Assembly (NCBI GenBank): GCA_977018835.1
Contig: OZ361256.1
Coordinates: 4,960,001 to 5,024,000, forward strand
Reading direction: 5' to 3'
Source of the DNA: Minutocellus sp. GHC0000111
Taxonomy: Eukaryota
DNA: 64,000 nucleotides
Below are positions 31,374 to 41,327 of the stretch, piece by piece. Numbering within the stretch: the first letter of the stretch is position 1; each line of letters opens with the position of its first letter. Position numbers and translations under genes: made by a program. The notes below the pieces were generated by a model. It worked only from the letters and a program-made list of their open reading frames with translations. It was not told the DNA's origin and searched no databases.

Positions 31374-32337
31374 CTTTCGGCGGACTCAAATCGGGTTCAA
31401 AACAACAGTGGCCAAGACCCGATGGGTTTCCTATTGTAAAAAAGAGTACATGTGTCATCAGAAAGTCAAAATGTCATGATCATTGACTAAAAGGCTATTT
31501 CACAGGGCCAATGCATGACATGTAACAAAATATGCAGGCGTGAGAGCACAGAGAACAAAAGAGAACAACAAATTATGTGCTCCGAGAAACCTATCATGAG
31601 ACAAAACAAATTTCTCCGCTCCGATCATGATGTAGTCGTGCCGCTGCTGCTTCTCCTTGCACTTAGTTCCAGCGCTTGACTGATTTTCTCCCCCCAACGA
31701 AGGAACACATGCTTTTGGAACTAGAGATGATGCATCAGTGCACACGATCGTACTCTCGGGAGATCCCTCTAGTCTAGTAGATCTACTTCCAGATCTACTT
31801 TTAGCAACCACACACTACTTGTAGCTATGTCCAAAATGCTCGAGAGGAAGGAGGAAACCACGAGGGTGCCGAGCGCTCCAAGCATTTCGTCGCTAATGAA
31901 AATGCTCACTGAAATGAGCGCCGGTACAAGTACAAGTAATGCTACCGGTACTAGCAATGCAACTTTTGCACCCTCAGAGAAGATGAGTCAGAAGAATCCT
32001 GCTGCCGCATCTGCAGGTAGGGCATGGCTTGTTCAATCCAACAAAGGTGTTAGCGATGGCGCCCTCTGTTACGAGACGAAGACCGCCGAAGGCTCACCAA
32101 AAACCCAGCAGCTACGGCGGCGACGTCACCCGCAAAGACGTCGCACTTCACAGGGCGACGACTCGGCATCGCCACCTCGGAAGAATGCGAGCCACTTGGG
32201 CAGGTCTCGGGATAGTTTTCTTCTCAAGCTAGTTGCTTCCCATGCTAGTGGTAGTCACAGCAATGCCGAGTTCTAATCGAGCCTTGCTGAATTCATTCTG
32301 TTGCCAGATCATGTTAACTTTTAGATGTTCTTTTGCG

Positions 32338-33174
32338 CTAACTTTCTACCGGTGCCATCAGCATCATGGGTGTTGATGGTGGAACATCCTTGAAATCTCC
32401 GCGTTTCTTCTCCAGATAATCACCCCAGTCATTGGGCTGAAAGCATTCCTTCATGTCCGAATTGGACTCAATGCACAGAGGAGATCCCTGCTCAACGACC
32501 ATGCCAGTACAGCTAAGAGCAACGATGAATTGGTCGCACTGCATAATGCCATGGTCGCCGCTTCCGTGGAATTTTTCGTGCTCATTCCCACCTTTAGCAT
32601 CTGAGTAGCAATCTCTACAAAGTGCAACCCCAGTACATCGTGGACATGGTATCAGCTCAATATCTTTGGAGCAACCAGCTACCAAGCATTTCCGACATCG
32701 AGGTTGCAATGCAACAAGCTGTACCTCGGTAGTGTGTAACCTCGCACCAACCCTTGAGTTTACCTTGACCGATAACCGATTGGTGTGATGGCGCCATGCG
32801 GTCATGTCCGTGGGCTTTTGCAGCGCCAGATAATCCTCATCGCCGCTCTCCCGGAACGACGCGAATGCTTTGCACCATACCTTGTGGTTCTTCCAGTCCT
32901 TCTTCTGATGCTCCCTGCTGCAATATTTTACCACGCGACACGACGTGCAGGTGAAGAGCTTGGTCCCACCTGCAAAAACACCGCGCTTGCAGCTGAAGCA
33001 ACAGAATGGGTGGTAGCAATCAAACTGCTGATCGATCGGAGGTGGAAGAGGAGGCTCGCCAGATGCCCAGGCTCCTGCCATGAAGACGTCGAGCCACTTA
33101 TCAGCCCACAGCCTTCGACATGCCTCCTGAGTGGCGTAGTGGTCGGTGTCAGTATTAGCAGAGGTTGACGCCAT
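32338..33174 (-). CDS. MYND-type zinc-finger protein, possibly 3'-truncated
   Basis: CFSC..CTSCRVVKYCSREHQKKDWKNHKVWC, then a second Cys cluster CRKC..CPRC..CRDC..H..C. Confidence 0.8.
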   Translation of the reverse strand: MASTSANTDTDHYATQEACRRLWADKWLDVFMAGAWASGEPPLPPPIDQQFDCYHPFCCFSCKRGVFAGGTKLFTCTSCRVVKYCSREHQKKDWKNHKVWCKAFASFRESGDEDYLALQKPTDMTAWRHHTNRLSVKVNSRVGARLHTTEVQLVALQPRCRKCLVAGCSKDIELIPCPRCTGVALCRDCYSDAKGGNEHEKFHGSGDHGIMQCDQFIVALSCTGMVVEQGSPLCIESNSDMKECFQPNDWGDYLEKKRGDFKDVPPSTPMMLMAPVES

Positions 33175-33342
33175 TTATTACCTGTTGTTGGAAGCCAGAG
33201 TTGTGGTATTCTCGCCTGCTCGCGCCTTCTGGCTGGGGTAGGGATGAGACAGTCCAGCCTCTGGCACATGCACTTTTCGTAAAAAAGAGAGTTCTGATGA
33301 GACCTGAGACCATGTAGGCCCATGACATGCGTTTTTGAATGA

Positions 33343-34569
33343 ATGGAGCGACCATACTACTCTAGAGCTATTATTGGGGCCACGATCGAAATGTTTCCCT
33401 CACTTGCTACTAGCATGCGCAGGTTGGTGGGTGTGGTTACAATTATGTCACATCTGCAGCAAGCATGTGCATTCGATCCAGCTGTGCAGCCAGCAGCGGC
33501 AGCAGCACCAACAGCATCAGTCACCTTCCGCTCTCCATCGCTTCACGTGTACATCGAAGACACCGATGCCTACGGTGTGATGTACAATGCCAACTATCTG
33601 CGTGCATATGAGCGTGCAATGCATACCGTCTCATTCAAGCCGCCGTCGTATGTTACCTCCTTTCACCGTGGTGGTGCAGACCACGACGTCAGCGACGGCG
33701 ACGAGGCTTCACTTGATCTGCTGGACGGAGGAGCCCTGGATCATGCTGGGTGGTTTGTATTGGGCGTGATCGACCACAAATTCAAGGGTTCGCCTCCACT
33801 GGGCGGGGAATATATCGTCGAGGGCGAGCTGATGGAGAGAAGTTGTGATGAAGATAATGCCTGCTTGGAGGAATGGAAACTTGTGATGAGATCTCCTGAT
33901 ATTTTGTCCGAGAATGAAGATGAAGATGACAATGCAAAGCCAACAATTTACAACACGGCAACTCTTACCATTGCTTCACCGAGCAGAAGCGGGGAGCTTC
34001 CTCCTCATTATCATCCCACCGCGCCTCCGTTCGATGAAAGTAGCGGTGCAATCGTTCGATCTATATTCAAGCCGTACCGTGACGAATTTGACCCAACGCT
34101 GCCTCATCGAATGCCTCTGCGCAATGTTCTGAATTTATTTGAACGGGCCAGAACAGATTATCTTGGTGGGCCCGACGCCCTGCGTAAGATGGAGTCGGAG
34201 GACAATATCGTGTGGGTGGTTACCAGCGTTGATAACTGTGAATTGTGTAATCTCAGAGAGGCTGGTTGGGAGGAAGAAGAAAGAAACGTCGATGACAATG
34301 ATGACTCTCCGTCGTCGCTGGTACAGTGTCTGCCAGGCCAAAGCGTTACCGTCAAGACTAACTTTGTATCCAAACGTGGAGGAATGATCCTGGACTGCAA
34401 CCAGATGTTGCTGGTACCGGCATGGGACGAAACGTTAGAAACGTATCGAAACCGCCGGCTGGCACAAGCAACAATATCAATCATGGCATTGGATGCTCAG
34501 AAGAGACGACCGACAAGAAAGATCCCACAGTGGTTCGTAGACAAAATCAACGGAGATGGGAGTATTTGA
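33343..34569 (+). CDS. Double hotdog-fold acyl-CoA/acyl-ACP thioesterase (YbgC/4HBT-like), likely plastid-targeted
   Basis: VYIEDTDAYGVMYNANYLRAYERA, plus a second degenerate repeat PYRDEFD..VLNLFERARTDYLGG. ACA|F presequence site; true start may be 33391 or 33415. Confidence 0.85.
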   Translation: MERPYYSRAIIGATIEMFPSLATSMRRLVGVVTIMSHLQQACAFDPAVQPAAAAAPTASVTFRSPSLHVYIEDTDAYGVMYNANYLRAYERAMHTVSFKPPSYVTSFHRGGADHDVSDGDEASLDLLDGGALDHAGWFVLGVIDHKFKGSPPLGGEYIVEGELMERSCDEDNACLEEWKLVMRSPDILSENEDEDDNAKPTIYNTATLTIASPSRSGELPPHYHPTAPPFDESSGAIVRSIFKPYRDEFDPTLPHRMPLRNVLNLFERARTDYLGGPDALRKMESEDNIVWVVTSVDNCELCNLREAGWEEEERNVDDNDDSPSSLVQCLPGQSVTVKTNFVSKRGGMILDCNQMLLVPAWDETLETYRNRRLAQATISIMALDAQKRRPTRKIPQWFVDKINGDGSI

Positions 34570-34625
34570 TAGAAACAGAGCACAAAAATCACTTGCTATA
34601 CAGCCAGAATAAGTAAGTGCCATAT

Positions 34626-35627
34626 TTACAGTCTACTTCTGGGAGAAACCAAGGAGGCGAGGCGAGAACACACTGCCTCTTCCGTCTCCTTCACGAGAGT
34701 ATCCATTAGTTCTTGTACAGTTGGAATATCATCAATCAGCCCAACAACTTGGCCGGCACTCCAGATTCCTCCATCCGCATCGCCTCGTCGTTCGGCCTCT
34801 CTGCCTCGCTTTCCATTGACCAGGTGGGCAACGTCGGCAAAGTCAAAGTTTTCACCTTTTTCACTTTCGATCGCCTCGACCTCTTCGGCAACGTCGTTTC
34901 GAAATACCCGGCATGTATTGCGCAATCGTCGCAGCATGAGGACAGTGTCGGTTTCCGACGCCTCAACCATACGCGACTTGAAGGATTCCGGCCAATTGCA
35001 TTCCTTGGTGGCGCAAAATCGCGTGCCACAGTTGACACCGTCCGCACCCAATGCCAGGGCAGCGGCAATCTGACTGCCGGTGCCTACACCGCCAGAACAA
35101 ACATAGGGCTTGCTGAGAGCCAAGGCGCCCTTGGCCTGCAGGACGAAGTTGCCAATATCCTCCTCGCCGGGATGGCCCGCGCATTCCATCCCATCGAGAC
35201 TGATGATGTCCACACCATATCGTTCCGCGGACAGGGCGTGCCGAATGGCAACGCACTTGTGAATGGTAATGAGGCCGGCTTCTTTGAACCGTTTGATGAA
35301 TTTCTTGGGCGAGGATCCGGCAGTTTCGACTATCTTCACCCCCTCCTCGATGATGACGGAGGCGTATTCGTCGTATGGAGGAGGCTTTCCCATGGAGGGC
35401 AGAATCGTCAGGTTGACACCAAAGGGCTTGGACGTTAGGGTCCGCAGACGACGAATCCACTTGCGTCCCTCCTCGGGAGAACCAGCATTGTGAATGGCGA
35501 TGATGCCTAGACCACCGGCATTGGAGACCGCCGCCGCAAGCTCTGGAGTGCCAACGCCGGTCATTCCACCCATAATTATCGGATGCTCGATGCCGAGCAT
35601 CTCCGTAACTCTCGTTCTAATGGGCAT
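34626..35627 (-). CDS. Nitronate monooxygenase / 2-nitropropane dioxygenase family flavoprotein with PTS1 (SRL)
   Basis: LGIEHPIIMGGM..ELAAAVSNAGGLG..PFGVNL..DGMECAGHPG..GTRF..WSAGQVVGLI; ends SRL. Confidence 0.93.
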   Translation of the reverse strand: MPIRTRVTEMLGIEHPIIMGGMTGVGTPELAAAVSNAGGLGIIAIHNAGSPEEGRKWIRRLRTLTSKPFGVNLTILPSMGKPPPYDEYASVIIEEGVKIVETAGSSPKKFIKRFKEAGLITIHKCVAIRHALSAERYGVDIISLDGMECAGHPGEEDIGNFVLQAKGALALSKPYVCSGGVGTGSQIAAALALGADGVNCGTRFCATKECNWPESFKSRMVEASETDTVLMLRRLRNTCRVFRNDVAEEVEAIESEKGENFDFADVAHLVNGKRGREAERRGDADGGIWSAGQVVGLIDDIPTVQELMDTLVKETEEAVCSRLASLVSPRSRL

Positions 35628-35946
35628 GGTTGGAATAGAGGTTGCCGGCACAAAAAGTGAGAGCAACTTGAAAACGCAGGAGATTGCAAGATAGAGCGAG
35701 CAGTCAGAGAGTCAGAGAATGACGGGTGATGAACAGACCAAGAAAACGACTGCGTACGTACGTAATACGCATCCGCGTAGGCGCCAACAGGCAAAAATGG
35801 GCAGGGAGCAAGTTGGGAGCAGTAGGAATTCCTAGCCGTCGGTACAACGACGGCGTCCTCGCCAGCAGTATTCCTCGCGCTACTACGTAGCTGTTAGCAC
35901 CACCCAGCCATCCTTCGCGATAGGGACCTGACGCTGGCCACCCACG

Positions 35947-37311
35947 ATGACCGGCGGAAGCAGCTTGCATCACCTGCCAACAATCGACGTGTCCGAACTC
36001 CCGTCGTCATTGCTCGGCAGTGCTGTGCCATCATCGACGGCATCATTAGCATCGTCTTCGCCATCCTTGTCTTCCGACATTTCATCTGCATACTCACCAT
36101 CTCAACAAGGAGATGATGCACCGCAATTTCCGTCCCTATCGTCCCTGCAGGACGCAGTATCCAACCAGATCTCCGACATCAGCAACCATCGGGGTATCAT
36201 TCCACCGACCCTACCAACATGCATGGCAGCTGGTACATTGTCGTTCTATTCCACCTTGGCACTATCGACGCTGTTCCAGGGCAAAATACTGCGACTATCA
36301 ACCGGATCTATGCCACCGGTACCCACCATTGCCGGGATTGCAACGGTGGCGGTGGGTGGGTTGGCAGCCCATGGCACCAGCGTCGTTGTGACGGCACTGC
36401 AGAGGAACGACCAGAACAGGAAGCGACGACGGGATAGCCTATCGGCTTCATCATGGTGGCGACAAAGCACGCAGCAGCCACAGCAATCGTCGGTATTTGC
36501 CGATTTTGTGGACTTTGATCGAGCATCGCAAGCATTGCAATCGGGGGTGCAGTCCATTGACACCGACATACGCAACTTTGGCCAGGCATTGAGCAAGGAC
36601 CCAGCACATGCCATGCGCATCGCCGCACTGGCCCTCATCACCTTCAAGGTCCTCGGCGGGCGGTTCTGGTCTATCCCACCCTCGTCCTACACCAATTTGG
36701 GTTCCTTCGCTCGAGTAACGCATAGCATCCCGGCCAAGATGGATTATGCCACCTCGGCTCAGCGCAAAGTCATTGAGTCTGTCGGTCGAAAATGGGGCTG
36801 CCATACGTGCGGTTCTCGCATGATATTTTCGCGGACCAGGCCTTCAGCGAATGGTGCAGGGTCGATGGTGAAATTTCATGCCGATCACATGCCGCCAAAG
36901 AGCGTGGCGCGTGCCATGAATTCCCGTTGGTGGAGACGATTGCTGCGCATCCAAGTGAAGCAGCGATTCTACCCACAGTGTGTAAGCTGCAGCAATGTTC
37001 AGGGGAGTATCTTGTCCAAGGCAGCGTCCAAGAATGGGGTGACGGGTGGAGTATTTGGCAGCAAGGCAAGCGGGGCTCGAGCCTTGGCTGCATCGGGCGG
37101 TGTATCGGCGGCGTACAATCACGGCTTCCGTCCACGTTTTTATCATATTACAGGTGGCCTTGTGGCAGCGGCGACTGTTGCCAATGCCAACGAGAATGAG
37201 GTGGTAAGGAATGGCAATGCCAAGAGATTTCGAATGATACAGGACCAAATTGGCGATACGGTTGGGTCATTGATGGATTACTGTTGTGATTGGATTGATT
37301 CTTTTCGCTAG
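35947..37311 (+). CDS. Membrane-associated protein with C-terminal Zn-binding HNH-like module
   Basis: 454 aa with hydrophobic segments; GCHTCG..ADHMPP..FYPQCVSCSNVQG. Confidence 0.75.
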   Translation: MTGGSSLHHLPTIDVSELPSSLLGSAVPSSTASLASSSPSLSSDISSAYSPSQQGDDAPQFPSLSSLQDAVSNQISDISNHRGIIPPTLPTCMAAGTLSFYSTLALSTLFQGKILRLSTGSMPPVPTIAGIATVAVGGLAAHGTSVVVTALQRNDQNRKRRRDSLSASSWWRQSTQQPQQSSVFADFVDFDRASQALQSGVQSIDTDIRNFGQALSKDPAHAMRIAALALITFKVLGGRFWSIPPSSYTNLGSFARVTHSIPAKMDYATSAQRKVIESVGRKWGCHTCGSRMIFSRTRPSANGAGSMVKFHADHMPPKSVARAMNSRWWRRLLRIQVKQRFYPQCVSCSNVQGSILSKAASKNGVTGGVFGSKASGARALAASGGVSAAYNHGFRPRFYHITGGLVAAATVANANENEVVRNGNAKRFRMIQDQIGDTVGSLMDYCCDWIDSFR

Positions 37312-37476
37312 CTAGCTAGTCTAGCGGCAGAATTCTAAGATGCATGCTCCATGTGAATAAAAAAAGCTTCTTTTATTTTTTGGGAGGAAGATTGGGATTG
37401 CTTTGTCTCCCGTACGGCCGTACGTAAAATTGTCCGTGTAACTTAGGTCGCTACTCAAAAGTCCACGGCTGCCTGC

Positions 37477-37490
37477 TCGTGACGTCACGA
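37477..37490. promoter_or_regulatory. Perfect palindrome TCGTGACGTCACGA (CRE / bZIP-type site)
   Basis: 14-bp palindrome with a TGACGTCA core, about 225 bp upstream of ATG 37716. Confidence 0.45.
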
Positions 37491-37715
37491 TGTTCTTCGC
37501 CGTCTGTCTTTTTCGCTTTCGTGGTAGGTACTAGTACGTACGTGTTGGCCGCGCCAGCCAGTGATTTCTGCGGTGGCGATGGCCGCATGGACTTGACTTG
37601 CACGGTCAAAAGCATTCGCCGTTGACTCACTCTGTTCCATCAGAAATCTTTCTCGGGCTTTGTCGAGCGAAAGTCACCACAAACTGAATCAAGTGTCCGG
37701 GCCCATCGCCATACC

Positions 37716-38987
37716 ATGTCTTGTCTTCGCATCGTTACGACGGCGCTCGCCGCCTCTACCTGCCTGACAACGGCCTTTGTTCCTGTCCCTGCTGGTCCAT
37801 CTCAACCGGCAACCTCCTTTCGTCCAAAGAACAATGGTCCTCTTCACATCATGTCTGCCTCCGCAACATCAGATATGCCAGAAGATTTTGAGGGAGGAAG
37901 AAAGGGGGGATCCTTCGAGGAAGATATGCTCCGCACACGAGCAGAGGGTCGCGCCAGCTTCCACAGCGCTGCCCCAAGTGCTACTTCTACAACTGCTGCC
38001 GGCACTCCACCGCCTCCCCCCGTCGCCTACGAGGGAGTTGAATACGATTTTCAGGACGTTCATTCCATCCCCGCCCATTCCGAAGAACGGCAACGGCGCA
38101 TCGAGGCCGAAGAGGAGGCCATGTCTCGCTTCGCTCACGGCGACGAGCTGATCCAGCTTCGCAAGGATGTCGAGAGCATGCGCATCGACCTACTCGATGC
38201 TCGATCCAACGGAGACGTTGCGAGAATGAATTCGTTGAAAGTTGAAATTACCAAGGCCGGTGCCAAGGATGCCGAGTTCATCTACGAGCTTGCCACCCAG
38301 CGCATGCAGCTTGCCGAGAGAGAGGGCCTTGTTGATGAGGCCGAGCGGTACCGTGAGGAGGCCCTGGCGGCGCGCAGTGTCCTCCCACAGTTCAACCTCG
38401 AGGGTCTCTGGGTTGGCAAGTATGGCCCGCATGGATATGAAATGATCAATGTGACCTATACCGGTGACACGCTCGTTGCCTACAAGGTGACTGGGGACCA
38501 GAACGTCCCCAAGGGCGAGGTTACCTTCAAGGCCGACCTTTCTCCTGAAGCCACTGAGAAGGCAGGACTTGAGCCAATCGAACTAACCTCTGATGCCGCC
38601 AAGCAGTGGGGAACCTCGCATTTGCCTCGCTTTCCCGGTGAGGGACAGGTTGCCGCCGAGGGCTTTGTCAACAACCAATTTGTTGACGGTCAGCTCATCC
38701 TCGTCGGTGAATACTTTTCCTTTGCATGGGTGCCAATGGGGCATCAAATTTTCTTCGGCCGTCCATCGGCTGAATTAACTCTCAAGATGCTCAAGGAGAG
38801 CCGAATGCGCGAGTTGGGATCGGCCACTGAGGGGATGAAGGACGTTGCCGAAATGAGGGCACATGCCATGCGCTGCCTTGAAGAGACCGAATTGCTGGAA
38901 GAAGACCTCGAAGTTGAGTCTTCCAACAGCCAACAACACGACGAAAAGTATGATAACATCATCTTTGAAGAGGATTCCTTCCAATAA
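37716..38987 (+). CDS. Plastid-targeted DUF3506 (EXECUTER-like / Cyclin-D1-binding) domain protein
   Basis: Signal plus TTA|FVP; coiled helical hairpins; LEGLWVGKYGPHGYEMI..AYKVTGDQNVPKGEVTF..GEGQVAAEGF..DGQL. Confidence 0.85.
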   Translation: MSCLRIVTTALAASTCLTTAFVPVPAGPSQPATSFRPKNNGPLHIMSASATSDMPEDFEGGRKGGSFEEDMLRTRAEGRASFHSAAPSATSTTAAGTPPPPPVAYEGVEYDFQDVHSIPAHSEERQRRIEAEEEAMSRFAHGDELIQLRKDVESMRIDLLDARSNGDVARMNSLKVEITKAGAKDAEFIYELATQRMQLAEREGLVDEAERYREEALAARSVLPQFNLEGLWVGKYGPHGYEMINVTYTGDTLVAYKVTGDQNVPKGEVTFKADLSPEATEKAGLEPIELTSDAAKQWGTSHLPRFPGEGQVAAEGFVNNQFVDGQLILVGEYFSFAWVPMGHQIFFGRPSAELTLKMLKESRMRELGSATEGMKDVAEMRAHAMRCLEETELLEEDLEVESSNSQQHDEKYDNIIFEEDSFQ

Positions 38988-39380
38988 CGATAACGTGAAG
39001 GAACAGAAAAAATAGAAATGTAGTAACACAAATTTTGTAAAAGAAGAAGACTTATTACCGCACGCATATGTGTTCATTACTTTTTCCTCGGCTGTATCAG
39101 GTGCAATAGGAGGGTATCGGGCAAATAAGAGTGTATCAAGACAACCTGGCCTGAAGAAGATGCGATGTGATGGGGCATCTGAGACACCCGGATGCAGGGA
39201 GAGCGGGTGGCGGGAGATGAGGCCGAGAGGAGATGGATAATGATGAGGCAGAATTGTTGCCTGACTCGTGACGTTGAGACTGCACAAGGTTGCCACCCTA
39301 TTTGCCGCACAACATAGCTACGTAGCCAATCGTTCAGCTGTAGCAACCTACGCTAATTTCGGAAACGATTGCGAATAAAA

Positions 39381-41267
39381 ATGAAGCGACCACTACCATC
39401 AAACCCGCCACCGCCAGCAACCCAAAAAGCTGACGACCGAACGTCCCTCGTCAGACTGTACCTCATCGTCTGCATTTATCGCATTGTGAACGCACTTTTC
39501 ATACAAACTCAATTTGATGCCGACGAGTACTGGCAGTGTTTAGAACCTGCATATTGTCTCGCATTCCATACAGATTCGACGGAATATGGTTGCGCGTACA
39601 CATGGGAATGGACTCGTCGATTTGAAGACCCAGGAAACGATATGCATCTAAGAAGCGAGTACATAAGCTCATTGCACACGTGGTTTGACCGAGCATTCCA
39701 CGGACCTGTGCGGTCATTCATACCAGTCATGCCCACATATATCTTTTATGTCTTGGCAAAGTGGTTTGGGTTAGATACTCCATGGGTAATAGCACGAGGG
39801 CCTTTGGTGGTGAATGCAGTGCTGGTTGCGGCTCCTACTGACATCGCCACAATTTACATTTCCCAATGGATGATAGCAAAAAACGCAACAGTATATGAAT
39901 ATTGCATGCGTGTCTTTGACCGAGTGCTGTTGTCGCTGCAGATGACTGAGATTGAGTGGTGGGCGCTCATGGCATCATTAACATCCTGGTTTAATGGATT
40001 TTGTCTAGTCCGCACGTACAGCAACTCCATGGAAGCAATGTTGCTATCTGTTGGCATCGCACTTCTCTGTCCAGATCTATTTGGCACGAATCAAAAGGAA
40101 GGCGCTGGCAGAACACACTCCATACGACCTGCTTCTGCACTCGCTTTTCTTCTTGGAGGATTGAGCGTGTGCGTTCGATTTACTGCCGTTGCTGCGTGGA
40201 TACCAATAGGAATAATGTGCTCTGTTCGAAAGAAGACAACCAACGAGCGCCTTGGTACTCTCTTTGGGTTGTGTGCGTGTTTTGGTTTCTTGGGTGTTCT
40301 GTTGGGGATTCTATTGGATAGAATATTTTATGGATTTTGGGCGGTTCCGTTTCTGGGAAGCATTCATTTCAACGTGATACAAGGCAACGGTTCTCTCTAC
40401 GGGACGCATCACCATCTGTGGTACCTGTTTGCGGGCTTCCCGGCCATCTGTGGCATTCTACTGCCCCCTTTTCTGATGAGTGTTTCAACGACACTTACTG
40501 AATCCAACTTCAGTGCAAGAAAAGTTGCCGTCGTCATCATTTTATTTTATGTTGCGTTGCACTCTTTCTCGGCACACAAGGAATTTCGTTTTATTTTGCC
40601 TGTGTTGCACTTGATTTGTGCATTATCGGCACATTGTATCGTCGAATACTATGTCCCACTAGTTGATAGATGTATTGTTGGAATAAAATGCGCTTCTCGT
40701 CGCAGGTTCGTCTTCTGCTATTTGCCATTGCTTCTATTGAACTACCCGCACTTGCTCTTTTTGACATCGACGCATCAAGCCGCGGCAATTGGAATGAATA
40801 GAAAGATTGTCAAGCATATTCAAGAAATGGAGAAGGAAAATCCGAATCATGGCAACAGAAAGACCCTAGAAACACGAGAATATGACATTCATTACCTCAT
40901 GGGTTGCCATTCAACACCGTTGTACAGCCATCTTCATATCAGAGGAACGAGAGTAAGAGCACGGACACTGGATTGCTCGCCTCAATGTCGTGCAGATCCA
41001 AATGTACTTTGTGAGGCTGATCGTTTCCAAGAAGATCCACTTGCTTTTATCAAGAAAGCATATACAAGTAGGAAATCAGCGCCGGATTTTATTGCCATCT
41101 TTGACGAAAGTTTGCAGGAAAAGAGAGTGCAGCAGGCATTACTCGACCTGGGCATGTCGGAAGTTGCCAGGGTTCCTCACGAAGTAGACTCGCTGCGATT
41201 AGTAAATGGAGCTCCTTCCGTTGCATACCGAGAAATGCGCTTACACCGAAAGAATAGATATGGATAG
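39381..41267 (+). CDS. PIGB: GPI mannosyltransferase 3 (GT22)
   Basis: TQFDADEYWQCLE..TWEW..RTYSNSME..VRFT..YGTHHHLWY..HKEFRFILP..LMGCHSTPLYSHLH..LDCSP; multiple TM helices. Confidence 0.95.
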   Translation: MKRPLPSNPPPPATQKADDRTSLVRLYLIVCIYRIVNALFIQTQFDADEYWQCLEPAYCLAFHTDSTEYGCAYTWEWTRRFEDPGNDMHLRSEYISSLHTWFDRAFHGPVRSFIPVMPTYIFYVLAKWFGLDTPWVIARGPLVVNAVLVAAPTDIATIYISQWMIAKNATVYEYCMRVFDRVLLSLQMTEIEWWALMASLTSWFNGFCLVRTYSNSMEAMLLSVGIALLCPDLFGTNQKEGAGRTHSIRPASALAFLLGGLSVCVRFTAVAAWIPIGIMCSVRKKTTNERLGTLFGLCACFGFLGVLLGILLDRIFYGFWAVPFLGSIHFNVIQGNGSLYGTHHHLWYLFAGFPAICGILLPPFLMSVSTTLTESNFSARKVAVVIILFYVALHSFSAHKEFRFILPVLHLICALSAHCIVEYYVPLVDRCIVGIKCASRRRFVFCYLPLLLLNYPHLLFLTSTHQAAAIGMNRKIVKHIQEMEKENPNHGNRKTLETREYDIHYLMGCHSTPLYSHLHIRGTRVRARTLDCSPQCRADPNVLCEADRFQEDPLAFIKKAYTSRKSAPDFIAIFDESLQEKRVQQALLDLGMSEVARVPHEVDSLRLVNGAPSVAYREMRLHRKNRYG

Positions 41268-41327
41268 CTAGAAAGTATACTTTCAAAATAAATTGGAGAT
41301 TTCTCTACTCATCGTTGGACCTAGGTA

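Noticed and set aside
31827..32276. 149-aa plus-strand ORF
   Set aside because: Low complexity with no recognisable motif; not enough support to call a gene.
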